Of a stretch of DNA of 64,000 nt, positions 36,945 to 46,286 are shown one piece after another (positions within the stretch are counted from its first letter, which is position 1; the number at the start of each line of letters is the position of its first letter). Source of the stretch: a bacterium (GTDB taxonomy: Bacteria; Patescibacteriota; Patescibacteriia; Patescibacteriales; JAKAJF01); the NCBI GenBank assembly GCA_021788015.1, contig JAJYLD010000004.1, forward strand, positions 3,580 to 67,579, written 5' to 3'. Below the pieces are notes generated by a model. That model made no database searches. It was given only the letters and a program-made list of their open reading frames with translations, and was not told where the DNA came from. Position numbers and translations under genes: made by a program.

Positions 36945-39900
36945 ATGGGATTTTTGTTCCCAAAATCATCAGTAAGATTTTTGACCACTATGTCAATAGC
37001 GCTTTTCATTGCGGGCGTTTTTTTGATTTTAAATATTCCAAAAGCGGAGGCGGCGACGATTTACGCCAATTCTGCAACCGGCAACGATGCCAATGCTTGC
37101 ACTTCAAACGCACCGTGTCAAACTTTTACTCGAGCTTATGCCGTCGCATCTAGCGGCGACACTATTGATTTGACCGGAACATTTGACTGGACCAATGGAA
37201 GCGGCGGCGCATCTGAAACAACTTCGGCGACAACCGGTTTTACTATTGCCAAAAATTTGACAATTCAGGGTCAGGGATCCGACCAAACTTTCATCCAGGC
37301 GGCGTCATCCGCGGGCGTGGCCGGCAGAAGAATATTTACTATCAGTTCGTCATATACCGTGACTTTTAAAAATCTCGATTTGCGTTACGGGAATGTCAGT
37401 AATTCCAATAATGGCGGCGGAGCCGTCTATGTCGGTTCTTTGGCCACCTCGGCCAATGTTACATTTGACAGTTGTATCCTGGAAAACAACACTGTCTCTT
37501 CCTCAAGTTATAACTACTGGTTCGGCGGCGGAGCTATTTATTATATGAATAACGGCAGTAACACGTCCGGTCAAGTTATAATTGAAAACAGTATTATAAG
37601 GAATAATTCGGTATCCAACGGCTGGGGCGGGGCAATCTGGCATTATAACGGAGGGTCCAATAGCAGCATAGTCGTCATTAACAATAGCACAATAAACAAC
37701 AATTCCGCCACTTACTTCGGAATGGCGCTAGCGGCGTATTATGGCTCGTTCAACATCAGCAATTCCACCATTACCGGAAACACCGGCGGTACGACGATCG
37801 AAATGGGAAATTGGGGTTACGGAGTACTATATCTTACCAATGTAACATTGGCGTACAATTCCATAGGCAACAGTTCGTCTTATTACGGCCTTGATTTGGA
37901 TCAAGTCGGAAATGTTTACGTAAAAAATACGATCATCGCCCAAAATAAAACGACCAGCGGCGTTCAGCAAGATTATAATGAGTCAAACAGCGCTTTGCAC
38001 AACAACGGACATAACATAGTTGAAACCCAAAGCGGTTCTGATTTCATAAATGGCGTCAACGGGTGCATCGTGGGCGTGCAGGCTGGCTTGAATTTAAGCA
38101 ACGCTCTGGCTTCAAACAATTCATTAAATATTACACAAACCTTGGCCTTGAGTTCCGGAAGTGTTGCCATTAACGCCGGAAGCACGGGAACCAATGGAAC
38201 GGTAAGCGTTCCCTTGACAGATCAGCGCGGTTTGAGTAGAGACGCCAATCCGGACATAGGCGCTTATGAATACGGGGGCAGCGTACCCGCTACGGCTCCT
38301 ACCACCCAAGCGACCAACGTCAGTTTCTCATCCGTCGGCGCAACTTCGACTACTATTTCCTGGACCAACGGCAACGGCGCGGACAGAGTAGTTTTTATCG
38401 CGCAGGCAAACTCCGGCACAACGACTCCTATCGATCATACAACTTACACGGCCAGCACGACATTTGGTTCCGGGACTTCGCTGGGAAGCTCGCCAACATG
38501 GTACGCCGTGTACAACGGTACGGGGAACAGCGTTTCTGTCGCCGGATTGGCAACCAACACAGCCTACATTGTCCAGGTTTTTGAGTACAATGGATCCGCG
38601 GGCGGAGAAGTTTACAATACGGCCTCAACAACCGACAATCCTAAAACCCAAACAACCCTGCAGACCCACACGTTAAACTACGCGGCCGGATCGCATGGAT
38701 CCATTTCCGGCGCAGATCCTCAAACTGTTGCATCCGGCTCTGACGGCTCGGCTGTTACAGCCGTGCCAGACACGGGCTATCATTTTGTTCAGTGGTCGGA
38801 CGGATCAATCGACAATCCAAGAACCGACACTAATGTGACGGCGGATGTTTCTGTAACGGCAAATTTTGCTTTAACAGACGTCACTCCACCCACTTTTTCT
38901 TCGATTTCTTCTTCCTCGACTTCAACCGGCGCCACCATAACATGGGCGACAGATGAAGACAGTTCCACGCAAGTTAACTACGGTCTCACTTCTTCTTACG
39001 GATCGTCAACAACAGAAACGGATATATCTCCGCGTACCACCAGCCACTCGGCAACAATTACGGGACTGTTGTCTTGTACTCGGTATTATTATCAGGTAGA
39101 AGGAGCTGATGCGTCCGCCAACACGGGCACAAGTACCGATGAAATATTTACGACCGCGGGTTGTGTCGGGGACGCCTCAATATCCGCCACAGGCCAGGCA
39201 AGCGTTACGGCAGCGTCGGGAGGAAGCTGGGTCCAGGGCGATTTGGCTTTGACAGTTCCGGCCTCTTTTACGTCCGACGCTTCATCGGCGGTCTTCCAAG
39301 CGAATCAACTGGATGATACGGCCTTTTCCGCGACAGCCGGCGCGCCTTCGAGCTATACGCAAGTCGGCACAGACGTTTATAACCTGAAATCTTTGTCAGG
39401 ACCAGCAACAGCCATTTCAATTTTCAATCATCCGATAACGATAAAGATGACTTACTCTTCCGGCGACATAGGAGTATTAGACGAATCAACGTTTTGGATT
39501 TATCGTTATGACAGTCCTACGTGGGCGCCGTTGGATGATTGCGTTGTTGATACATCGGCCAAAACAGTTACCTGCACCACTAAAAATTTTTCTAATTTTG
39601 CTATTTTTGGTCAAGAAGGAAGTTGTCCAACGGTTGAACATGCCGCGACCTACAATTCTTATCCGACCTGCGGTCCGGCAACCTGCGATTCTGGTTATAC
39701 ATTATTAAACGGTTCTTGTGTAGCCGCAGGCGGCGGTTTATTGCCCGGCATGTATCGCGCGCCCGTTGCGCCGGCAGGCGGTTTTAGCGTAATTGTCGAT
39801 AACGGATCGGCTACGACGACAAACAGAATCGTAACTTTGAATTTTAATGCCGGCTCCGATGTTAAAAAAATGGCAATTTCTTTGACAAGCGATTTTAGCG

Positions 39901-40697
39901 ATGCAAGCCAAGAAAACTATTCCGCGAGCGAGCAATTTGATCTCTGTTCAAAATTGGGAGGATTGATAAAGAGTACGACTTGTCCCGACGGGCAATATAC
40001 GGTCTACGTAAAATTTTATACGCAATACGGCAAAGCGTCCGATGCGGTTTCCACAAAAATCAATTTGGCAAGCGCCTCGCAATTTTCTAATCATACTTTG
40101 ATAACCACTCCGCAATTTTCCAACCCCGCCGCAAATTTTACAAAAAATTTATACCTCGGCTCAAAAGATAACCAGGTCAAAGCGCTGCAGCAGTTCTTAA
40201 ATCAAAACGGATACAAACTGGCTGATACTGGTTGGGGTTCTCTCGGAAGCGAGACCGATTATTTCGGCGTCCTGACCTCAAGCGCTCTTGCGAAATTTCA
40301 AGAAGCAAACAGAAACAAAGCCTCCGGAATGATAAATGAAAAGGGATATTTGGGACCGATAACTCGCCAATTCATCAATTCATCGACGAGCGCGACAGTT
40401 TCAAAACCGTTACACCCGCAAATCCAAAATTCAACTCCCGCAATTTTTACGGCCTCCCTTTATGAGGGGTTACAATCCGAAGATGTCCGCAGATTGCAAA
40501 CACTGCTTGCGACAAGACCCAAAATTTACCCCGATGGGTTGATAACCGGATATTTCGGACCGCTCACGGAAAAAGCCGTTCAAACTTTTCAATTGAGTTA
40601 CGGCGTTGTTGCTTCAAGTTTTGATCCGGGCTTTGGTTATGTCGGGCCAAAGACAAGAGCAAAACTGGAAGAGATATTTGGCAAAAGGGAAAGATAA
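36945..40697 (+). CDS. large secreted/cell-surface protein: parallel beta-helix repeats, Fn3-like, InlB-B-repeat-like, two C-terminal peptidoglycan-binding domains
   Basis: N-terminal anchor 'MSIALFIAGVFLILNIPKAEA'. Repeated 'GGGAIY..NNS..' beta-helix turns. 'GYHFVQWSDGS' B-repeat. 'ITWATDEDSSTQVNYG' Fn3-like. Two 'VKALQQFLN...GYFGPLT..AV..FQ' PG_binding_1-like units. Confidence 0.8.
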   Translation: MGFLFPKSSVRFLTTMSIALFIAGVFLILNIPKAEAATIYANSATGNDANACTSNAPCQTFTRAYAVASSGDTIDLTGTFDWTNGSGGASETTSATTGFTIAKNLTIQGQGSDQTFIQAASSAGVAGRRIFTISSSYTVTFKNLDLRYGNVSNSNNGGGAVYVGSLATSANVTFDSCILENNTVSSSSYNYWFGGGAIYYMNNGSNTSGQVIIENSIIRNNSVSNGWGGAIWHYNGGSNSSIVVINNSTINNNSATYFGMALAAYYGSFNISNSTITGNTGGTTIEMGNWGYGVLYLTNVTLAYNSIGNSSSYYGLDLDQVGNVYVKNTIIAQNKTTSGVQQDYNESNSALHNNGHNIVETQSGSDFINGVNGCIVGVQAGLNLSNALASNNSLNITQTLALSSGSVAINAGSTGTNGTVSVPLTDQRGLSRDANPDIGAYEYGGSVPATAPTTQATNVSFSSVGATSTTISWTNGNGADRVVFIAQANSGTTTPIDHTTYTASTTFGSGTSLGSSPTWYAVYNGTGNSVSVAGLATNTAYIVQVFEYNGSAGGEVYNTASTTDNPKTQTTLQTHTLNYAAGSHGSISGADPQTVASGSDGSAVTAVPDTGYHFVQWSDGSIDNPRTDTNVTADVSVTANFALTDVTPPTFSSISSSSTSTGATITWATDEDSSTQVNYGLTSSYGSSTTETDISPRTTSHSATITGLLSCTRYYYQVEGADASANTGTSTDEIFTTAGCVGDASISATGQASVTAASGGSWVQGDLALTVPASFTSDASSAVFQANQLDDTAFSATAGAPSSYTQVGTDVYNLKSLSGPATAISIFNHPITIKMTYSSGDIGVLDESTFWIYRYDSPTWAPLDDCVVDTSAKTVTCTTKNFSNFAIFGQEGSCPTVEHAATYNSYPTCGPATCDSGYTLLNGSCVAAGGGLLPGMYRAPVAPAGGFSVIVDNGSATTTNRIVTLNFNAGSDVKKMAISLTSDFSDASQENYSASEQFDLCSKLGGLIKSTTCPDGQYTVYVKFYTQYGKASDAVSTKINLASASQFSNHTLITTPQFSNPAANFTKNLYLGSKDNQVKALQQFLNQNGYKLADTGWGSLGSETDYFGVLTSSALAKFQEANRNKASGMINEKGYLGPITRQFINSSTSATVSKPLHPQIQNSTPAIFTASLYEGLQSEDVRRLQTLLATRPKIYPDGLITGYFGPLTEKAVQTFQLSYGVVASSFDPGFGYVGPKTRAKLEEIFGKRER

Positions 40698-40778
40698 TCA
40701 GTCGGGGTAAAAGTTGACCATCCTTTTTTTCTTTGGTATAAATTATTTAAATCCATGTTTTTTAAAAAAGGGGGGTAT

Positions 40779-41021
40779 ATGGCCAATTACAAAGATTTGG
40801 TAGTATTGGAACGCTCTAGGTCGGGACTTGAAATGTATGCAAGATACTTGGGTGATGTTTGTGAAGTGTGTGGCACTACTTCTCCTGAAAGATGCGAGCG
40901 CGGAAACCATTGTATGATTTGCGTTGGACGGTCCACTTCGGGAGATGGAAAATGTTATTGCGGGAACTGTTTGAAGTGCTATGGGCACGCTGGTGGGAAC
41001 GAGTGTAACACCTGCGGTTAG
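40779..41021 (+). CDS. cysteine-rich small protein (80 aa, 11 Cys in the C-terminal 54 aa)
   Basis: SD 'aagggggg' upstream of 'MANYKDL'. 'CEVCG...RCERGNHCMICVG...KCYCGNCLKCYG...ECNTCG'. Confidence 0.6.
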   Translation: MANYKDLVVLERSRSGLEMYARYLGDVCEVCGTTSPERCERGNHCMICVGRSTSGDGKCYCGNCLKCYGHAGGNECNTCG

Positions 41022-41213
41022 TGCCTTGTCATTGGCCCGGGTTTGTGATTTACTTAGGAACAGAGTCTCTTTTAAAGGAGGCTCTTTTATTATTCCCCTT
41101 CCCTTGCATTTTTAAAATTTTTATCTTATATTAAAATTATTGTTTTGGAAGTGCGTTTTTTGCACAAAAGATCCAAAAAATAAATTGAGAGAAAAAAAGG
41201 AGGGTTATGCGAG

Positions 41214-41621
41214 TTGAAAAAATCAGAAGAGCTGTATTTTGGCAGGAAGGTGGATCTTATGTTCGTCGGGTGCCGGAAAAAGGTCCTCGGGGATGTAAAA
41301 ACGCTCAATGACATTTTCGACCAGGCCTGCGAAATAGCAATGGCCACGGTTGAAAAAACCTGTCACCACGAATTCTGGAATGAGGGTGATATCAACGGAT
41401 ACACCATTGTAAAAATCCTTTCCGAGTCTGATCTCGCCAGCCACACCTTTCCCAGAAAAATCGAGGGAAGGAGTGTTACAATCTCGATTTACACCTGTGG
41501 CTATCGCGCCGATCCCGAAGCTCCGATCAAGTTTCTTAAAAAAGCTCTCGGAGCAAAAGAGGCTTATAAGACTCCGCTTCTGGAGTTCAGGCCGGGCGGC
41601 GATGGCTGGATCAAGGTCTAA
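41214..41621 (+). CDS. S-adenosylmethionine decarboxylase-family (SpeH-like, pyruvoyl) protein, TTG start
   Basis: SD 'aaaggaggg' 8 nt upstream of TTG. 'ILSESDLASHTFP' parallels the self-processing 'ESH(I/L)xxHTWPE' site. 'ISIYTCG' parallels 'D(V/I)FTCG'. Confidence 0.65.
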   Translation: MKKSEELYFGRKVDLMFVGCRKKVLGDVKTLNDIFDQACEIAMATVEKTCHHEFWNEGDINGYTIVKILSESDLASHTFPRKIEGRSVTISIYTCGYRADPEAPIKFLKKALGAKEAYKTPLLEFRPGGDGWIKV

Positions 41622-41740
41622 AGGAGGCTTTATGCCATCAAACCGACTTAAGCCGGGCACCTGATGAAAGAACATCGGGGGCCCGGCTTTCTGCTTTTTA
41701 GAGTTGATTTGAGCGCTGTATTGTGTTGTAATGCTATTAT

Positions 41741-44590
41741 ATGAGCACGAAAAAAGAACGATTAATGATTATAGACGGAAACGCGCTGATTCATCGCAGT
41801 TTCCATGCCCTCCCGCCAACTTTAGCAACAAAAGACGGAAGGATGGTGAACGCGGTTTATGGATTTACTGCCGTATTATTAAAAGCTTTGCGCGAATTAA
41901 AGCCGGAATACGTGGTTTTGACTTTGGATAAAAAAGAACCGACATTCAGACATAAAGAATACAAAGAATATAAAGCGACCAGAGTAAAAGCGCCGGATGA
42001 ACTTTATGAACAGATTCCGTTAGTAAAAGAAGTTGCGCGCGCTTTCAATATTGAGATTTTTGAAAAAGAGGGTTTTGAAGCGGACGATTTGATCGGCACA
42101 ATCGTTTGTAGAACCGATCACGGAGTTGAAAAAATAATTTTGACCGGAGACATGGACACTTTGCAGCTAGTTGATGCTGACACAAAAGTTTATACCATGA
42201 GCCGGGGCGTTACCGAAAGCGCGACTTACGACGAAAAAGCGGTGCGTGAACGGTACGGACTTGCGCCGAAACAGATGGTCGATTACAAGGCTTTGCGCGG
42301 CGATCCGAGCGACAATATCCCGGGCGTGAAAGGCGTTGGCGAAAAAACCGCGGTTGAACTTTTAAAAGAATTTAAAACTTTGGAAAATCTTTATGAAAAC
42401 CTGGATTCGAAAAAAACCAAAATTAAGCCGCGCATATTGGAGTTGTTGAAAGAATTTAAAGACGACGCTTTTTTAAGCAAGCGTCTCGCCACTATAGAAT
42501 GCAACGTTGGCATTGATTTCGATTTGGAAAAAGCGCGCTTCGGAAAATTCGACCAAAGCGAAGTGATAAAACTTTTTAGCGATTTTGAATTCAAGTCGCT
42601 TTTGCCGAGAATACGAGATTTAACAATTAACAATTCACAGCTAACAATTAATAAAAAAGAGGGAGGAAGGTCTAAATTTGAAAATAAATTTGAGCGCAAT
42701 CAAAAATTGTTTAATTATATATTGGTTGATGATGAAAAAAGTTTTAATGCTTTTTTGAAAAAACTGGGAAAACAAAAAGAATTTGTTATCGATACAGAAA
42801 CGTCTTCTCTCGATCCGTTAACCGCGAGTTTGCTCGGAATCAGTTTTTCCTGGAAAGAAGGGGAAGCATATTATGTAAATTTCCAATTCCCAATTTCCAA
42901 TTTCCAATCAGGTTCAAAAAACAAAATTCCAAAAATGCAGGCAAGTTTATTTGGTAAAAAAGAGGATGATAAAAATGAAAAGATGAATCGGAACGAATGG
43001 TTAAAAAGACTGAGACCCGTTTTAGAGAATGAAAGGGTTAAAATTTTTGGCCATAATTCAAAATTCGACATGCGCGTTTTGCGGAATTACGGCCTGAACA
43101 TGAATGTCTTTTTCGATTCCATGATCGCTTCTTATCTTTTAAATCCGGGATCGCGCCAGCACAATCTTGATGCCGTAACTTTTGCCGAATTCGGTTTTGA
43201 AAAAATCAGTGTCGACGATCTTTTGGGCAAGGGAAAAGAAAAAATTACTTTTTCGGAAATTCCCTTGGAAAAAATTTTTATTTATTCTTGCGAAGACGCA
43301 GATTTTACGTTGCGCTTGGCGAAAAAACTCGCTCCGGAATTGAGGAAGAATAAACTTGAAAATCTCTTCCGGAATATAGAAATGCCGCTTGTGTCGGTTT
43401 TGGCGGAAATGGAAAATAATGGAATCAAACTTGATGATAAATTTCTGCGCAGGTTAAGTCAAGAAATCGGAAAAAAAATCGGCCGGCTCGAGAAAAAGAT
43501 CAAAGATTTGGCCGGAATGAATTTCAATATCAATTCCACGCAGCAGCTTCGCGAAGTTCTTTTTGAAAAACTGGAAATCCCGACTTTGCTTGTCGGGAAA
43601 ACAAAAACCGGCTTATCGACTTCGGCCGACGAGCTTATGAAATTAAGAGATTATCATCCTATTATCAGACTGATTCAGGATTATCGCGAATTGACGAAAC
43701 TGGCCAATACTTACGTCGATGCTCTGACTGAACTCGTGAATAAAAAAACCGGACGCCTCCACACTTCTTTTAATCAAACCGTCACGGCGACCGGTCGACT
43801 TTCTTCAACCGAACCGAATTTGCAAAATATTCCCATTCGCACGGAAATCGGGCGAGAAATCCGCAAAGCTTTCATCGCCGACAAGGGGTTTAGACTTTTA
43901 AGCTTGGATTATTCGCAAATCGAATTGCGGCTCGCCGCCCATATGTCCGGCGATCCGGCCATGATCAAGGCTTTTCAAAAAAATGAAGACATCCACGCGG
44001 CTACGGCCGCGGCCATAAATGGCGTAATTCTCGATAAAGTGACGCCGGAAATGCGCCGAGAAGCGAAAGCGGTGAACTTCGGCATTTTATACGGCCAGGG
44101 GCCGCACGGTCTTTCCCAATCCGCCGATATTCCTTATATAAAAGCGAAAGAATTTATCGATGAATATTTTAAATTGTACAAAAAAGTGAAAATTTTCGTC
44201 GATAAATCGATCGAAAACGCGCGCGAAAAAGGTTATGCCGAAACATTGCTCGGACGCAGGCGTTTTTTGCCGGAAATAAATTCTTCGGTCATGACGGTAA
44301 GAAAAACCGCGGAAAGAATGGCGATCAATACGCCCCTTCAGGGTACGGCCGCCGACATGATCAAGGCGGCCATGATTGAAATTTATAAAAACAGAAGATC
44401 CTTGAACGACGCTAAAATGCTTTTGCAAGTGCATGACGAGTTGCTATTCGAAGTGGCGGATGAAAAATCGCTTGATGTTTCCAAAAAAATTGAATATATA
44501 ATGGAGAATGTTTTAAAATTAAAAATTCCGATCGTGGTCGAGGCGAAATTCGGCCGCAATTGGAGTGAAATGGAAAAATTTAATAATTAG
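41741..44590 (+). CDS. polA: DNA polymerase I
   Basis: 5'-nuclease 'LMIIDGNALIHRSFHA', 'GDPSDNIPGVKGVGEKTA', 3'-5' exo 'VIDTETSSL', pol motifs 'LLSLDYSQIELRLAAH', 'RREAKAVNFGILYG', 'QVHDELLFE'. Confidence 0.95.
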   Translation: MSTKKERLMIIDGNALIHRSFHALPPTLATKDGRMVNAVYGFTAVLLKALRELKPEYVVLTLDKKEPTFRHKEYKEYKATRVKAPDELYEQIPLVKEVARAFNIEIFEKEGFEADDLIGTIVCRTDHGVEKIILTGDMDTLQLVDADTKVYTMSRGVTESATYDEKAVRERYGLAPKQMVDYKALRGDPSDNIPGVKGVGEKTAVELLKEFKTLENLYENLDSKKTKIKPRILELLKEFKDDAFLSKRLATIECNVGIDFDLEKARFGKFDQSEVIKLFSDFEFKSLLPRIRDLTINNSQLTINKKEGGRSKFENKFERNQKLFNYILVDDEKSFNAFLKKLGKQKEFVIDTETSSLDPLTASLLGISFSWKEGEAYYVNFQFPISNFQSGSKNKIPKMQASLFGKKEDDKNEKMNRNEWLKRLRPVLENERVKIFGHNSKFDMRVLRNYGLNMNVFFDSMIASYLLNPGSRQHNLDAVTFAEFGFEKISVDDLLGKGKEKITFSEIPLEKIFIYSCEDADFTLRLAKKLAPELRKNKLENLFRNIEMPLVSVLAEMENNGIKLDDKFLRRLSQEIGKKIGRLEKKIKDLAGMNFNINSTQQLREVLFEKLEIPTLLVGKTKTGLSTSADELMKLRDYHPIIRLIQDYRELTKLANTYVDALTELVNKKTGRLHTSFNQTVTATGRLSSTEPNLQNIPIRTEIGREIRKAFIADKGFRLLSLDYSQIELRLAAHMSGDPAMIKAFQKNEDIHAATAAAINGVILDKVTPEMRREAKAVNFGILYGQGPHGLSQSADIPYIKAKEFIDEYFKLYKKVKIFVDKSIENAREKGYAETLLGRRRFLPEINSSVMTVRKTAERMAINTPLQGTAADMIKAAMIEIYKNRRSLNDAKMLLQVHDELLFEVADEKSLDVSKKIEYIMENVLKLKIPIVVEAKFGRNWSEMEKFNN

Positions 44591-44601
44591 AGAATCAAGA
44601 C

Positions 44602-45990
44602 ATGACTTTAAGCGGTTTAAAAAACAAAAAGATCGCCATTCTCGGATTGGGTATTGAAAATCACGCCTTGATTAAGTATTTGTTGAAAAAGAAACTGAAG
44701 ACGGAAATCACGATTTGCGACGCGAGAAGCAAAGAACAACTGGGAGAAAAATATCTCGAATTCGAGAAAGAAAAAAATATAAACTGGAGACTGGGCGAAG
44801 AATTCAATCATGGTTTGTATGAATTTGACATTCTTTTTCGCTCGCCGGGCTGGCCGATTTTTTGTCCGGGAATCAGGGAAGCTTTGATGAAGCCGAAAGT
44901 AATTTTATCAAGTCCGATGAAATTATTTTTCGATCTTTGCCCTTCAAAAATTATCGGCGTGACCGGCACAAAGGGGAAAGGAACAACCGCCAGTTTGATT
45001 TACGCAATTTTAAAAACGGCAAAAAAGAGAGTTTGGCTCGGCGGCAATATCGGAGTGGCGCCGTTCACTTTTTTAAATAAAATTAAAAAGGGCGATTGGG
45101 TCGTGCTTGAAATTTCCAGTTTTCAGCTCGAAGACATGGAAGCGAGCCCGCATATCGCGGTAATCACCAATTTTTATCCGGAGCATCTTCGCCCCGCCGA
45201 TCCGATCAATCCGAATTATCACGAGTCGTTAAGAGTTTATTGGGAAGCGAAGATGAATGTAATTAGATACCAGAAAAAAGGAGATTATGCGATTTTAAAT
45301 TCAAAATTCAGAAGGCAAAAATCAAAATTATCACCGCCCTGGCGGGATCCCGCCTTCAATAATAAAAATAAAGTGGCGGGACAATTCAAAATTCAAAATT
45401 TAAGAAGTAAAATTATTTATTTTGATAAATCCGAATCGAAGTCAAATTTAATCGGTGAACATAATAAGGAAAATGTCGCGGCGGCTCAAGTCGTGGCGGA
45501 AATTGTGGGAGCGAAAAAGACGGATATCATTCGCGGAGTTTTAAAATTCAAAGGCTTGGAGCATAGACTGGAACATGTCCGCGCCTTAAACGGAGTTGAT
45601 TACTTCAACGATACTTTCGCCACCACTCCGGAATCGAGTATCATCGCTTTGAAAGCTTTTGCGAGGCCGATAATTTTACTCGCCGGAGGAGCGGATAAGG
45701 GATCGAATTTTCATGAATTTGCGAAAGAAATAAAAAAGAGAGCGAAGTTTGTAATTTTACTTGACGGCAAAGCGACGCCGAGAATTAAAAAAGAATTGTC
45801 GCGGTCGCATTTTGAAAAAAAGAAAATGAAAACCGTTTTTGGCATGGAAGAAGCGGTCAAGGTCGCTTTCGAGAACGCGCAAAAAAACGATATCGTCCTT
45901 CTTTCCACCGCCTGCGCCAGTTTCGGCATGTTTAAAAATTACAAAGAAAGAGGAAAATTGTTTAAACGAGAGGTGAATTTGTTAAAATAA
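44602..45990 (+). CDS. murD: UDP-N-acetylmuramoylalanine--D-glutamate ligase
   Basis: 'GVTGTKGKGTT' P-loop, 'EISSFQLE', 'GLEHRLE'. N-terminal Rossmann 'IAILGLGIEN'. Confidence 0.85.
   Translation: MTLSGLKNKKIAILGLGIENHALIKYLLKKKLKTEITICDARSKEQLGEKYLEFEKEKNINWRLGEEFNHGLYEFDILFRSPGWPIFCPGIREALMKPKVILSSPMKLFFDLCPSKIIGVTGTKGKGTTASLIYAILKTAKKRVWLGGNIGVAPFTFLNKIKKGDWVVLEISSFQLEDMEASPHIAVITNFYPEHLRPADPINPNYHESLRVYWEAKMNVIRYQKKGDYAILNSKFRRQKSKLSPPWRDPAFNNKNKVAGQFKIQNLRSKIIYFDKSESKSNLIGEHNKENVAAAQVVAEIVGAKKTDIIRGVLKFKGLEHRLEHVRALNGVDYFNDTFATTPESSIIALKAFARPIILLAGGADKGSNFHEFAKEIKKRAKFVILLDGKATPRIKKELSRSHFEKKKMKTVFGMEEAVKVAFENAQKNDIVLLSTACASFGMFKNYKERGKLFKREVNLLK
45297..45401. repeat. ~100-bp interspersed repeat inside murD (copy 1)
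   Basis: About 90% identical by eye to 57753-57857. Core 'aaatcaaaattatcaccgcc(c/t)tggcgggatcccgcct..ataaaaataaagtgg(c/t)gggacaattcaaaattcaaaa'. Confidence 0.85.
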
Positions 45991-46052
45991 AACAAAGTCA
46001 TCACCGACTTTGTTACAAGTATTTAGTTTTGTTTTAAAATTTTTATTCGGTT

Positions 46053-46226
46053 TTATTCTTCCTCTTTTCCTTTGGGGCCTTCCTCGACCAGATTCAGGGT
46101 AGCCGGATTCAGGGAAACGATTTCGGATATGGAATTACAGATGGCGCATTCCACAATATCCCCTTCGAAAGCATCGTCATTAATTACGACATCGCTTCCG
46201 CAAACGGGACACTTAGATTTTTGCAT
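46053..46226 (-). CDS. LysW/ArgW-like zinc-ribbon protein (57 aa; not in the ORF track)
   Basis: 'MQKSKCPVCGSDVVINDDAFEGDIVECAICNSISEIVSLNPATLNLVEEGPKGKEEE'. CPxCG...GE..xC..C...E...L.P..L plus acidic tail, as in amino-group carrier LysW. Confidence 0.5.
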   Translation of the reverse strand: MQKSKCPVCGSDVVINDDAFEGDIVECAICNSISEIVSLNPATLNLVEEGPKGKEEE

Positions 46227-46286
46227 AATTTGAAACTATTAATATTCTGTTTATATTTTAGCAAAATTTATTAAACATTTCAACCT

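Noticed and set aside
41207-41311. 34-aa ORF 'MRVEKIRRAVFWQEGGSYVRRVPEKGPRGCKNAQ' starting at the ATG 4 nt after the SD
   Set aside because: The SD spacing is too short. The overlapping TTG-initiated frame (41214) yields a protein with clear AdoMet-decarboxylase-family motifs.
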